Source: Candidatus Woesearchaeota archaeon (GTDB lineage: Archaea; Nanobdellota; Nanobdellia; UBA10117; ARS21). From it: a stretch of 43,716 nucleotides of DNA. Every line of letters starts with the position of its first letter. The first letter of the stretch is position 1. Positions 8,395 through 17,126 of the stretch are shown here, in pieces. Location: assembly GCA_038128845.1 (NCBI GenBank), contig JAYPKL010000004.1, positions 1 through 43,716 of the forward strand, in the 5' to 3' direction. Made by a program: the position numbers and the translations under genes. The notes under the pieces were generated by a model, which had not been told where the DNA came from, made no database searches, and saw only the letters and a program-made list of their open reading frames with translations.

Positions 8395-8679
8395 ATGAGA
8401 GATTCAAATAAAAAAATAGTAAATGAAAGAATAAAAATACTATTTGAAGAAGCAGAAAAAAATTCATACTATTCTAATCTATATTTATATTTGGCAAGAA
8501 AATTATCTATGAGATATAATGTAAAAATACCTAAAATTCTTAAAATTAAATTTTGTAAAAATTGTTATAATTATTTAAATTCAAAAAATAGTATTGTACG
8601 TACGAATCCTAAAACTAAAACAATAGATAGATTATGTTTAAGTTGTAAAACTAAAAGTAGAGTCGGTTATAGAGTTTAA
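8395..8679 (+). CDS. rnp4: Ribonuclease P protein component 4 (Rpp21)
   Basis: ERIKILFEEA, Y..LARKLSMRY, FCKNC...CLSC zinc ribbon. Confidence 0.92.
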   Translation: MRDSNKKIVNERIKILFEEAEKNSYYSNLYLYLARKLSMRYNVKIPKILKIKFCKNCYNYLNSKNSIVRTNPKTKTIDRLCLSCKTKSRVGYRV

Positions 8680-9882
8680 TTAATTTTTATTTGAAATTTC
8701 CTTTTTTATTTCTTTAACGAAATCGTTCATTTTAACACCGAACTTAGGTTTAGATCCTCTTGGTCTTACTGCGAGAGTATTTTTTTCTTTTTCCTTTGAA
8801 CCAATTACTATAATGTATGGTACTTTTTGTAATTCTGCTTCTCTGACTTTTCTTTGAACAGTTTCGGATCTCAAATCAGATTCTACTCTAATTCCTGAAG
8901 ATTTTAATTTATTGGCAATTTTTTTTGTATATTCAGTGATATCATCGTTAAAACTGATAACTTTGACTTGTGTTGGTGCCAGCCAGGTTGGGAATGCTCC
9001 ATTATAATGCTCGATAAGTATTCCGAACATTCTTTCAAATGAACCCAATAAAGCTCTATGTAAAATAATTGGATATTCATTTTTATCTTCTGAATTTTTA
9101 AAAGTTGCATTTAATTTTGAACACAAATTAAAATCTAATTGAATTGTTGCAAGTTGCCATGATTTTCCATTAGCATCTTTAATATGAAAATCAATTTTTG
9201 GACCATAAAAAGCACCATCGCCTTTATTTATGGTAAATTTCATTTTTGATTTTTTTAAAGTTTCTTCAAGTATTTTTTCTGCATTATTCCAAGTTGATAT
9301 ATCTCCAACATATTTTTCTGGACGAGTTGATAATTCAACACTAACATCTTTAAATCCTAAAATTGAATAAACTTCTTTTACTAATTTTATTAAATTAATA
9401 ATTTCTGAATCTAATTGATTTATTGTACAAAATATATGAGCATCATCTTGAGTAATCATTCTTACTCTGGATAATCCTGTTAAAGCACCTGACGCTTCAT
9501 TACGATAAACAGTTGCAAATTCAGCATATCTTTTTGGTAAATCTTTATATGAATTTGATTCATTTGCAAAAATACTTGTATGGAATGGGCAACTCATTGG
9601 TTTTATGGCCATTTTTTCATCTTTTGATTTTATTTCAAACATGTCTTCCCTATAATTTGTCCAATGACCTGATTTTTTGAATAAATCAATTTTAGAAATA
9701 TGCGGAGTTCTTACAAAATTATAATCATTTTTTTCAAGTAAATCTCTTAGAAATAATTGTAATGAATTAATAACTGATTCTCCTTTCCATGGAAATAAAG
9801 GTAATCCGGAACCTATATTTTCAATCTGTTGATATAACTCTAATTTTGGTCCTAAAATTCTGTGATCATTTGAATTTGTCAT
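8680..9882 (-). CDS. thrS: Threonine--tRNA ligase, catalytic + anticodon-binding domains only
   Basis: DHRILG start, SGHW, KPMSCPFH, YRNEASG.L.GL.RVR..TQDDAH, GAFYGPKID, HRALLGS.ER, FP.WLAP.Q. Confidence 0.96.
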   Translation of the reverse strand: MTNSNDHRILGPKLELYQQIENIGSGLPLFPWKGESVINSLQLFLRDLLEKNDYNFVRTPHISKIDLFKKSGHWTNYREDMFEIKSKDEKMAIKPMSCPFHTSIFANESNSYKDLPKRYAEFATVYRNEASGALTGLSRVRMITQDDAHIFCTINQLDSEIINLIKLVKEVYSILGFKDVSVELSTRPEKYVGDISTWNNAEKILEETLKKSKMKFTINKGDGAFYGPKIDFHIKDANGKSWQLATIQLDFNLCSKLNATFKNSEDKNEYPIILHRALLGSFERMFGILIEHYNGAFPTWLAPTQVKVISFNDDITEYTKKIANKLKSSGIRVESDLRSETVQRKVREAELQKVPYIIVIGSKEKEKNTLAVRPRGSKPKFGVKMNDFVKEIKKEISNKN

Positions 9883-9921
9883 AGTTAAAGCTAAGTTGAA
9901 TATATAAAAATTAATCGATGT

Positions 9922-10188
9922 TTACAGGTGTCTTATGCCTTTTTTATTAACTTTTGCTCTCCAAATTGTATCTGGCATCCAATCTGGTTTATTATCTGGA
10001 GCAGATACTTTAACTCTTTCACCGGAATATATATGTAATTTTTTTGATCCTCTTTCTCTCAAAATTATAGATGAAAAACCTCTTGAAGCTGCCTTAAGAG
10101 CCGCTTGTCTAGGTTGTCTTCCTGTGAAAACGTGTGCAGAGTCTCTTTCATTTTCTTGTAAAACAAAATATCTCATACCTTTTGCCAT
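9922..10188 (-). CDS. Non-histone chromosomal protein MC1 family
   Basis: RYFVL...VFTGRQPRQAALKAA.RG...LRERG.KKLH...PDWMP. Confidence 0.93.
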   Translation of the reverse strand: MAKGMRYFVLQENERDSAHVFTGRQPRQAALKAASRGFSSIILRERGSKKLHIYSGERVKVSAPDNKPDWMPDTIWRAKVNKKGIRHL

Positions 10189-10227
10189 AAAATATGTATA
10201 ATCTATAATATAAAAGCCATTCGAAAT

Positions 10228-10806
10228 CTATTTTATTATTTCTCCAGTTTCTTCAGACCATAATAGTAAATCTAATTCTGCCATTGAAATTCCAATATTA
10301 TTGCAAAAATCTTTCATTTTATCTTCAATCTCAATATATTTATTTCTTGAAATTGTTGCAGGTACTTCTTCAATAACTCCAACATTTTTCAAATTCTTTA
10401 ATATATGTCGATCCAATATAGCAATATCCGAACCATATCCTATGTTTCTTAAAAAGTGACTTGCTTCTTTCATTCCAATTCCTTTAAATGAATTTACAAT
10501 TTCATCTCGGAGTAAAAAGATATTGTCAAAATTGAAATTGAAATTATCAAAAACTTCTCGAGATGCCTCAAGTCTTTTTGATTTAGTAATATGAAATCTT
10601 ATACCTTTTAAATGGGGTTGAATTTCTTCAGCAGATCCGGAAAATAAAATTTTATTTTCTAATAAACTTTTAATTGCTAAATCTGCAGATTTGGCTTTTG
10701 ATTGAGGAGTTAAAAAACAAAAAGCTAGTTCTTCATATAGCTTATTTTTATCTGATTTATCAATTGATTCAAAATCAGTAAGTCTAGAATTAATTTTTTC
10801 TTTCAT
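10228..10806 (-). CDS. ogg: N-glycosylase/DNA lyase (8-oxoguanine glycosylase, OGG2)
   Basis: ELAFCFLTPQS, IRF...K, KGIGMKEASHFLRNIG, AILDRHIL, LDLLLW...TG.I.K; start uncertain (see findings). Confidence 0.93.
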   Translation of the reverse strand: MKEKINSRLTDFESIDKSDKNKLYEELAFCFLTPQSKAKSADLAIKSLLENKILFSGSAEEIQPHLKGIRFHITKSKRLEASREVFDNFNFNFDNIFLLRDEIVNSFKGIGMKEASHFLRNIGYGSDIAILDRHILKNLKNVGVIEEVPATISRNKYIEIEDKMKDFCNNIGISMAELDLLLWSEETGEIIK

Positions 10807-10843
10807 AATTTGATATTTTCTTAGAAATCTATTAACATAAACT

Positions 10844-11275
10844 TCATTTATCTGTTGATCCGAATCCACCTCTATTTTCACCAAATTTCGTTTCTGTTTC
10901 ATTAAATTTAACTTTTTTTATTTGAACAAATATACCTTGACCTAATTTTTCTCCTCTTTGAATTTCAACAGCTTCATTTGTTAAATTATAAACTTGTAAT
11001 AATAGCTCATCATTATCTCCGCAATAATCTTGATCAATAATTCCTACTGAATTTGGCATAATAAGTCCTTTTTTCTTAAATAAAGAACTTCGGGGGGCCA
11101 ACATTAGCATATAATTTTCCGGAACTTTTACAACTAAATTTGAAGGTAGCAATGCAATTGAATTTGGATTTATTTTAGAGTTTTCTCTACAAATTAAATC
11201 AAAACCTACGGCGCCTTCGGATTCATATCTTGGTAATTCTAAATTTTTATCGATTCGCTTTACAAAAACTTCCAT
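10844..11275 (-). CDS. dut: dUTP diphosphatase
   Basis: GFDL, PRSS, NSVGIIDQDY.G, RGGFGST. Confidence 0.96.
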   Translation of the reverse strand: MEVFVKRIDKNLELPRYESEGAVGFDLICRENSKINPNSIALLPSNLVVKVPENYMLMLAPRSSLFKKKGLIMPNSVGIIDQDYCGDNDELLLQVYNLTNEAVEIQRGEKLGQGIFVQIKKVKFNETETKFGENRGGFGSTDK

Positions 11276-11342
11276 AATCTAGTATATTTTCTTTACTTAA
11301 AAATAATTATATATCAAAATATTTAAAAATCAAGTAAATTAA

Positions 11343-11356
11343 TTCACAATTGTGAA
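11343..11356. promoter_or_regulatory. Perfect 14-bp palindrome, candidate operator of the suf operon
   Basis: TTCACAATTGTGAA covering the GTG start at 11352; TATA TTTAAAAA at 11322-11329. Confidence 0.65.
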
Positions 11357-11735
11357 AAATAAACTATTAATGCCGCAAGAAATAGAAGTTCATTACTTAA
11401 TTCCTTCTATAAATCGAATAATATCAAAAGAACTAACAAATCTAAATATATCTCAAAAAAGAATTGCTGAACTTTTACATTCTCAAACTTCGGCAATATC
11501 TCAATACATAAACGATAAAAGAGGGATAAAAATTAAATTTGATAAAGAAATAGAAGATTACATTAAAAAAAGATCTAATATAATTTTAGAAAATAATAAT
11601 TATATTTTTGAAATTCAAAATATTCTTTCTAAGTTTAGAAAAGAAAAAATATTATGTAAATATCATAGAGAACTTTCTCCTATCATTAATTTAACTTGTT
11701 CAGAAAAAAATTTGGGGTGCAATATACATGGATAG
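11352..11735 (+). CDS. Archaeal HTH transcriptional regulator (COG2522-like) with C-terminal Cys/His cluster
   Basis: MPQEIEVHYLIP, SQ..IAELL....SAISQY...KRG HTH; LCKYH...C......C. Confidence 0.82.
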   Translation: MKNKLLMPQEIEVHYLIPSINRIISKELTNLNISQKRIAELLHSQTSAISQYINDKRGIKIKFDKEIEDYIKKRSNIILENNNYIFEIQNILSKFRKEKILCKYHRELSPIINLTCSEKNLGCNIHG

Positions 11736-13128
11736 TAATTTTGAAATAGATAGAAGTTTATATGATAATCCAACCGAAACTGAGTACAACTACATAAGTG
11801 AACCGGGTATTTCTGAAAATATTATTAAAAAAATATCAAAACTGAAGGACGAACCTGATTGGATGCTTAAAAAAAGATTAGAATCTTACAAAATATTTAA
11901 AGAATTAAAAATGCCTAGTTGGGGGCCGGACATATCTGAATTGGATTTAAATAAAATTATTTATTATCTTGATCCAAAGGCAAAAAAGAATTCAAAAAAT
12001 TGGGATGAAGTTCCAGATGAAATAAAAAATGTATTTGAAAAATTAGGAATACCTGAAGCTGAAAGAAAAGCATTAGCTGGTGCAGGTGCACAATTTGAAA
12101 GTAATACAATTTATCATAATCTAAAAAAAGATTTAGAAGATAAAGGTGTTGTATTTTTGGATATGGATATTGCAGTAAAAAAATATCCGGAATTAGTAAA
12201 GAAATACTTTATGACTTCTTGTATATCTCCTCGACTTCATAAATTTGCTGCTTTACATGGAGCAGTCTGGAGTGGAGGTACATTTATATATATTCCAAAA
12301 AATGTTATTGTAGAACAACCATTACAAGCTTATTTTAGAATGAATAGCTTAAATTCGGGTCAATTTGAACACACACTAATAATTGCAGATGAAGGATCAT
12401 ATATAAATTATATAGAGGGCTGTAGTAGTCCGAAGTTTGATAATTCTTCAATACATGCGGGTGGAGTTGAAATACATGTTTTGAAAAATGCAAGAGTTAG
12501 GTATAATTCGGTAGAAAATTGGAGTAAAAATACATACAACTTGAATACTAAAAGAGCAAATGTTCAGGAAAATGGAGTTATAGAATGGGTAAATGGAAAT
12601 ATGGGGAGCAATGTTACAATGCTTTATCCTTGCTCAGTTTTGATAGGAGATAATTCAAAATCTGATTTCTTAGGTATTGCATTTGCAAGTAATGAACAAA
12701 ATCAAGATACCGGTCATAAATTATATCATATTGGAAAAAATACACAATCAACTATTCGAAGTAAAAGTATATCTAAAGGCGGAGGAATTACAACATATAG
12801 GGGTTTAGTTGATGTAAATAAAAATGCTAAAAATTCAAAGATAAGTGTTGAATGTGATGCTTTGATGTTAGATAATATATCAAAATCTGATACGATTCCC
12901 GTAATGAAAATTAATAATAATGAAACAGAAATTGCTCACGAAGCAAAAGTCGGAAAAATAAGTGATGAAGAAATTTTCTATCTTATGAGTAGAGGTCTAT
13001 CTGAGGAAGAAGCTTTGAAAATGGTCGTTTCAGGATTTATAGAACCTGTTGTTAAAGAATTGCCATTTGAATATGCTGTCGAATTAAATAAATTAATTGA
13101 ACTTGAAATGGAGGGAAGTTTAGGATGA
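11728..13128 (+). CDS. sufB: Fe-S cluster assembly protein SufB
   Basis: K.EPDWML..RL, LGIPEAE, WSGGTFIY, GQFEHTLI, EGCS, HEA.VGKI, FYLMSRG, EMEGSLG. Confidence 0.97.
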   Translation: MDSNFEIDRSLYDNPTETEYNYISEPGISENIIKKISKLKDEPDWMLKKRLESYKIFKELKMPSWGPDISELDLNKIIYYLDPKAKKNSKNWDEVPDEIKNVFEKLGIPEAERKALAGAGAQFESNTIYHNLKKDLEDKGVVFLDMDIAVKKYPELVKKYFMTSCISPRLHKFAALHGAVWSGGTFIYIPKNVIVEQPLQAYFRMNSLNSGQFEHTLIIADEGSYINYIEGCSSPKFDNSSIHAGGVEIHVLKNARVRYNSVENWSKNTYNLNTKRANVQENGVIEWVNGNMGSNVTMLYPCSVLIGDNSKSDFLGIAFASNEQNQDTGHKLYHIGKNTQSTIRSKSISKGGGITTYRGLVDVNKNAKNSKISVECDALMLDNISKSDTIPVMKINNNETEIAHEAKVGKISDEEIFYLMSRGLSEEEALKMVVSGFIEPVVKELPFEYAVELNKLIELEMEGSLG

Positions 13129-14090
13129 AATCAATAATAAATCAAATTAAAGAAATTAAACTTGAAAAAAATTCAAATAAATTAGATAAAAATAATCTTA
13201 ATAAAATATTTAATATTACATATGAAGATGAATTTACAAAAATTCATAAAAATAATTTAACAAAATTAAATAAAATTATTTTAGAAAAAAATGAAATCAA
13301 AACAATTGAAATAAAAGAAAATTTGGAAAAAAGTCAATTTAATCATTACTTGATAAATTGTAAAGAAAATTCTGAATTAAATATAATTATAAAAATAAAT
13401 TCAAAAAAATCAAAAGAAATTTTTTATAGATCTGCAATTTATGAAATTTATCAAGAAAAAAATTCAAAAATAAACTTTATTGAATATCAAAACTTGAAAA
13501 ATAATTACATAAATTATAATTACAAAAAATCTATATTAGATAATGATTCAAAAATAAACTTTTATGATTTTCAATTAGGTAGCAGATATACAAAAAATAT
13601 TGTTCTAAGTGACTTAAAGGGTAAAGGTTCAGAATCAAGAAATTATAGTCTATATTCTTCAAAAGACAATCAAACTTTTGATATAATAAATGAATCCAAT
13701 CATTATAATGAATATACTTTTTCAGATATGATAAATAAAAGTACGGTAAATGAATCAAGTACTAATTCATACATTGGAACTGTAAACATTACTCGTAATG
13801 CAAAATATTCTAATGGATATCAACAATCTCATTCAATGATTCTAGATAATAAATCAAAATCTGAATCCATACCCATTCTTGAAATTGATAATTCTGAAGT
13901 TAAGTGTAGTCATGGAGCGACTGTTGGTAAAATTGATAAAGAAAAAATATTCTATCTTATGAGCAGAGGATTTACTGAAAAAGAATCAAAAAAAATAATT
14001 GTTGAAGGATTTATTAGTGATTTGATAAAAAAAATTGACAATAAAAATATGCAAAAAGAAATACACGGTGAGGTTATTAAGAAAATATGA
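13125..14090 (+). CDS. sufD: Fe-S cluster assembly protein SufD
   Basis: SIPILEI...VKCSHGATVG, FYLMSRG; shortened N-terminus. Confidence 0.9.
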   Translation: MKSIINQIKEIKLEKNSNKLDKNNLNKIFNITYEDEFTKIHKNNLTKLNKIILEKNEIKTIEIKENLEKSQFNHYLINCKENSELNIIIKINSKKSKEIFYRSAIYEIYQEKNSKINFIEYQNLKNNYINYNYKKSILDNDSKINFYDFQLGSRYTKNIVLSDLKGKGSESRNYSLYSSKDNQTFDIINESNHYNEYTFSDMINKSTVNESSTNSYIGTVNITRNAKYSNGYQQSHSMILDNKSKSESIPILEIDNSEVKCSHGATVGKIDKEKIFYLMSRGFTEKESKKIIVEGFISDLIKKIDNKNMQKEIHGEVIKKI

Positions 14091-15247
14091 AAAATGAATT
14101 TAAAATTATAAAAAATATAACTTATTTGGATAGTGCAGCTACAACTCAAAAACCAAATAGAGTGATAAATAAAATTTCAGAATTTTATGAAAAATATAAT
14201 TCAAATGTACATAGAGGAATATATGACCTAAGTATTAAATCGGATAAATTATTTGAAAATTCAAGAAATATCGTTTCAAGATACATAAATTCTGATACGG
14301 AAGAAATTATATTCACCAGAAATACAACTGAATCATTAAACATAATAGCAAACTTAGAATCAAAAAATCTTAATAAAGATGATGAGGTTATCTTATCGAT
14401 TTCCGATCATCATTCAAACATATTACCATGGCAAGTCTTATCAAAAAAGATTGGATTTAAATTGGTATTTGCTGAATTAAATTCTGATTACCAACCAAAA
14501 ATTATAGAAAATATAACTAACAAAACAAAAATAATTAGTGTAAGTCACATATCGAATGTTACTGGAAAAGAAATAAATCTAAATAATATATCTAATGAAA
14601 TTAAAAATAAAAAAATAAAATTAATTTTAGATGCTGCACAATCTGCAAGTCATAAAAAAATTGATGTTAAAAAGATGAATATTGATTATCTTGCTTTTTC
14701 AGGGCATAAAATATTTGGTCCAACTGGAATTGGAATTTTATATGCTAAAAAAGAAAACTTGGAAAATAATGATCCACTGTATTATGGAGGAGATATGATA
14801 AAAAGCGTAACTAAAGAAAATTTTGAATATAATAAATTACCAAACAAGTTTGAATCAGGTACTCCAAATATTTCTGGAGCAATTGGTTTGGGTGAAAGTA
14901 TTGAATTTGTAAATGAAATAGGTATCAAAAATATAAACAAAAAAATTAGTGAACTAACAAGTTATGCTATGAAAGAGTTAAGCAAAATAAAAAATATAAA
15001 AATTTATGGCGGTTCAAATGGTATAATTTCATTTAATCTTGAAGGAATTCATTCTCATGACGTTGCAGAAATTTTAAACCAAGAAGGCATATGTATACGA
15101 GCAGGTCATCATTGTTGTATGCCATTAATGAATTATCTTGGAATAAATTCTTGTGCAAGAATAAGTATTCAATATTATAATAATAAGTCAGATATTGATA
15201 AATGTATATCTGGTTTAAATAAAGTGGAGGAAATATTTAATGGATAA
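14087..15247 (+). CDS. sufS: Cysteine desulfurase SufS
   Basis: YLDSAATTQKP, DAAQS, FSGHK, FESGTPN, RAGHHC. Confidence 0.96.
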   Translation: MKNEFKIIKNITYLDSAATTQKPNRVINKISEFYEKYNSNVHRGIYDLSIKSDKLFENSRNIVSRYINSDTEEIIFTRNTTESLNIIANLESKNLNKDDEVILSISDHHSNILPWQVLSKKIGFKLVFAELNSDYQPKIIENITNKTKIISVSHISNVTGKEINLNNISNEIKNKKIKLILDAAQSASHKKIDVKKMNIDYLAFSGHKIFGPTGIGILYAKKENLENNDPLYYGGDMIKSVTKENFEYNKLPNKFESGTPNISGAIGLGESIEFVNEIGIKNINKKISELTSYAMKELSKIKNIKIYGGSNGIISFNLEGIHSHDVAEILNQEGICIRAGHHCCMPLMNYLGINSCARISIQYYNNKSDIDKCISGLNKVEEIFNG

Positions 15248-15596
15248 TCAGATATATCGAGAGAATATTATGGATCACTATAAGAATCCAAGAAATTTTG
15301 GTAAAATAGAACATAATCATTCTAGTAATGGTAATAATGAACTTTGTGGCGATAATATAAATTTTTATGTTAATAAAAAAAATAATAAAATAGAAAATAT
15401 CTCTTTTGACGGTGAAGGTTGTGCAATATGTATTGCTTCTGCATCTATGATTAGTGAAGAATTAAAAAATGAAAATATATCTAAAATTAAAAAAATAAAT
15501 AAGGAGGATGTTATTGATATGCTGGGAATAAAATTGAGCCCGATAAGAATTAAATGTGCTTTATTACCTTTATATACAATAAAAAATATAGAATAA
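15240..15596 (+). CDS. sufU: SufU/IscU-type scaffold protein
   Basis: IMDHYKNPRNFG, LCGD, GCAIC.ASAS, R.KCALL. Confidence 0.93.
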   Translation: MDNQIYRENIMDHYKNPRNFGKIEHNHSSNGNNELCGDNINFYVNKKNNKIENISFDGEGCAICIASASMISEELKNENISKIKKINKEDVIDMLGIKLSPIRIKCALLPLYTIKNIE

Positions 15597-15597
15597 A

Positions 15598-16323
15598 ATG
15601 TTAGAAATAAAAAATTTACATTTGAGTATTGATAAAAAAGAAATATTGAAAGGAGTTTCATTTAAAATAGAAAAAAATGAAATTGTTGCAATTATGGGTC
15701 CAAATGGTTCAGGAAAAACCTCATTATCTTATGCAATTATGGGTCATCCAAATTATAAAATTACAAAAGGAGAAATATTATTTAACGGAAAAAACATAAA
15801 TGATCTTGATCCATCGGAAAGAGCAAAATTGGGTATTTTTCTTTCATTTCAATATCCTGTAGAAATATCAGGAGTTACAGTTAGTAATTTCTTAAGAACA
15901 GCATTAAAAAATGCAAAAAATAAAATATATAGTTTAGTCGAATATAAAAAATTATTATTACAACACATGAAAAATCTTAACATAGATATTTCATTTAAAG
16001 ATAGATATTTGAATGAAGGTTTTTCCGGCGGAGAGAAAAAAAGGTTTGAAACTTTACAGATGTCAATTCTTGAACCAAAACTTGCGGTTATTGATGAAGT
16101 TGATAGTGGATTAGATATTGATTCTTTAAATATAGTGGCAGATAATATTAAAAAAATACAGAAAAAAAATAAAATGAGTATTTTGATAATTACTCATTAT
16201 GACAGAATTCTCGAATATATTAAACCAGATAAAGTTTTAATTTTTGATAAAGGTAAAATAACTAAAATTGGAGATAAAAATTTGGTAAAAGAAATTGAAT
16301 CAAAAGGATATAAAAATCTATAA
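15598..16323 (+). CDS. sufC: Fe-S cluster assembly ATPase SufC
   Basis: MGPNGSGKT, FLSFQYPVEI.G, NEGFSGGEKKR.E, DEVDSGLDID. Confidence 0.97.
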   Translation: MLEIKNLHLSIDKKEILKGVSFKIEKNEIVAIMGPNGSGKTSLSYAIMGHPNYKITKGEILFNGKNINDLDPSERAKLGIFLSFQYPVEISGVTVSNFLRTALKNAKNKIYSLVEYKKLLLQHMKNLNIDISFKDRYLNEGFSGGEKKRFETLQMSILEPKLAVIDEVDSGLDIDSLNIVADNIKKIQKKNKMSILIITHYDRILEYIKPDKVLIFDKGKITKIGDKNLVKEIESKGYKNL

Positions 16324-16379
16324 AAAACAAAAATCATAGAAATCAAAGATTCCTCCTAAAGTATTTTTATACACTTTAA

Positions 16380-16472
16380 CTAATAGTCATCCCAATCACC
16401 ATCATCGTCATCTGAGTCATTGTCATCATCGTCCCAGTCTTCGAATTGGTAATTCAAGTAATTTCTTACCAT
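16380..16472 (-). CDS. 30-aa highly acidic Asp/Trp small protein
   Basis: MVRNYLNYQFEDWDDDDNDSDDDDGDWDDY*; own TATA (TTTAAATA, 16494-16501) 21 nt upstream of the ATG. Confidence 0.65.
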   Translation of the reverse strand: MVRNYLNYQFEDWDDDDNDSDDDDGDWDDY

Positions 16473-16502
16473 TAATTGCTAATTTTATTCTGGTATTTAA
16501 AC

Positions 16503-17126
16503 TTATTTATATTTGATAACACCGTTTTTTGGGCATGAATTTTTTAAAAAACAAGAAGAACATTTTGGTACAGGAGCATTACAATATGCTCTGCCATGCT
16601 CAATAATTAACCAAGAAGCCTCTTTCCATTTTTTTTGAGGAAAAAATTTCATTAAATCAATTTCTACTTTATCGGGATTTTTATTTTTTGTAAGACCCAA
16701 TCTATAAGATACTCTTTTTACATGAGTGTCAACTGCAATTCCTTCATTTTTATTGAAACCTTGACTTAAAACAATATTTGCAGTTTTACGTGCAACTCCT
16801 CTTAAGGAAGTTAAATCATCCATATTTGTCGGAACTTTTCCTCCATAATCTTTTATTATTTTTTTACTTGTCTCAATTATTGATCGAGATTTTGCTCTAT
16901 AAAAACCCGTTGAGTAAATTAGTTTTTCTAATTCTTCCTGATTTATATTTGAGAATTCCTCGGGAGTATTGTATTTTTTAAATAAAATTTTAGTTACTTT
17001 ATTTACTCTTTCATCAGTACATTGAGCACTTAATATTGTAGCAACTAATATTTCAAAAGGTGAATCTGCATTAAGAAATGGACCTCCGTTATATTTTTTT
17101 TCTAAAATATCTAAAATATTATCCAT
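16503..17126 (-). CDS. nth: Endonuclease III
   Basis: LVATILSAQCTD.RVN, LRGVARKTAN HhH, VDTHV.R, C-x6-C-x2-C-x5-C 4Fe-4S motif. Confidence 0.97.
   Translation of the reverse strand: MDNILDILEKKYNGGPFLNADSPFEILVATILSAQCTDERVNKVTKILFKKYNTPEEFSNINQEELEKLIYSTGFYRAKSRSIIETSKKIIKDYGGKVPTNMDDLTSLRGVARKTANIVLSQGFNKNEGIAVDTHVKRVSYRLGLTKNKNPDKVEIDLMKFFPQKKWKEASWLIIEHGRAYCNAPVPKCSSCFLKNSCPKNGVIKYK

Noticed and set aside
8189-8467. 92-aa minus-strand ORF
   Set aside because: Shadow of the 5S rRNA and the rnp4 start
10807-10902. ORF-track start of ogg at 10902
   Set aside because: Overlaps the conserved RGGFGST end of dut and adds non-homologous residues
16324-16379. AGGAGG on the minus strand followed by an ORF antisense to sufC
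   Set aside because: ORF is a shadow of sufC; SD use is rare in this window
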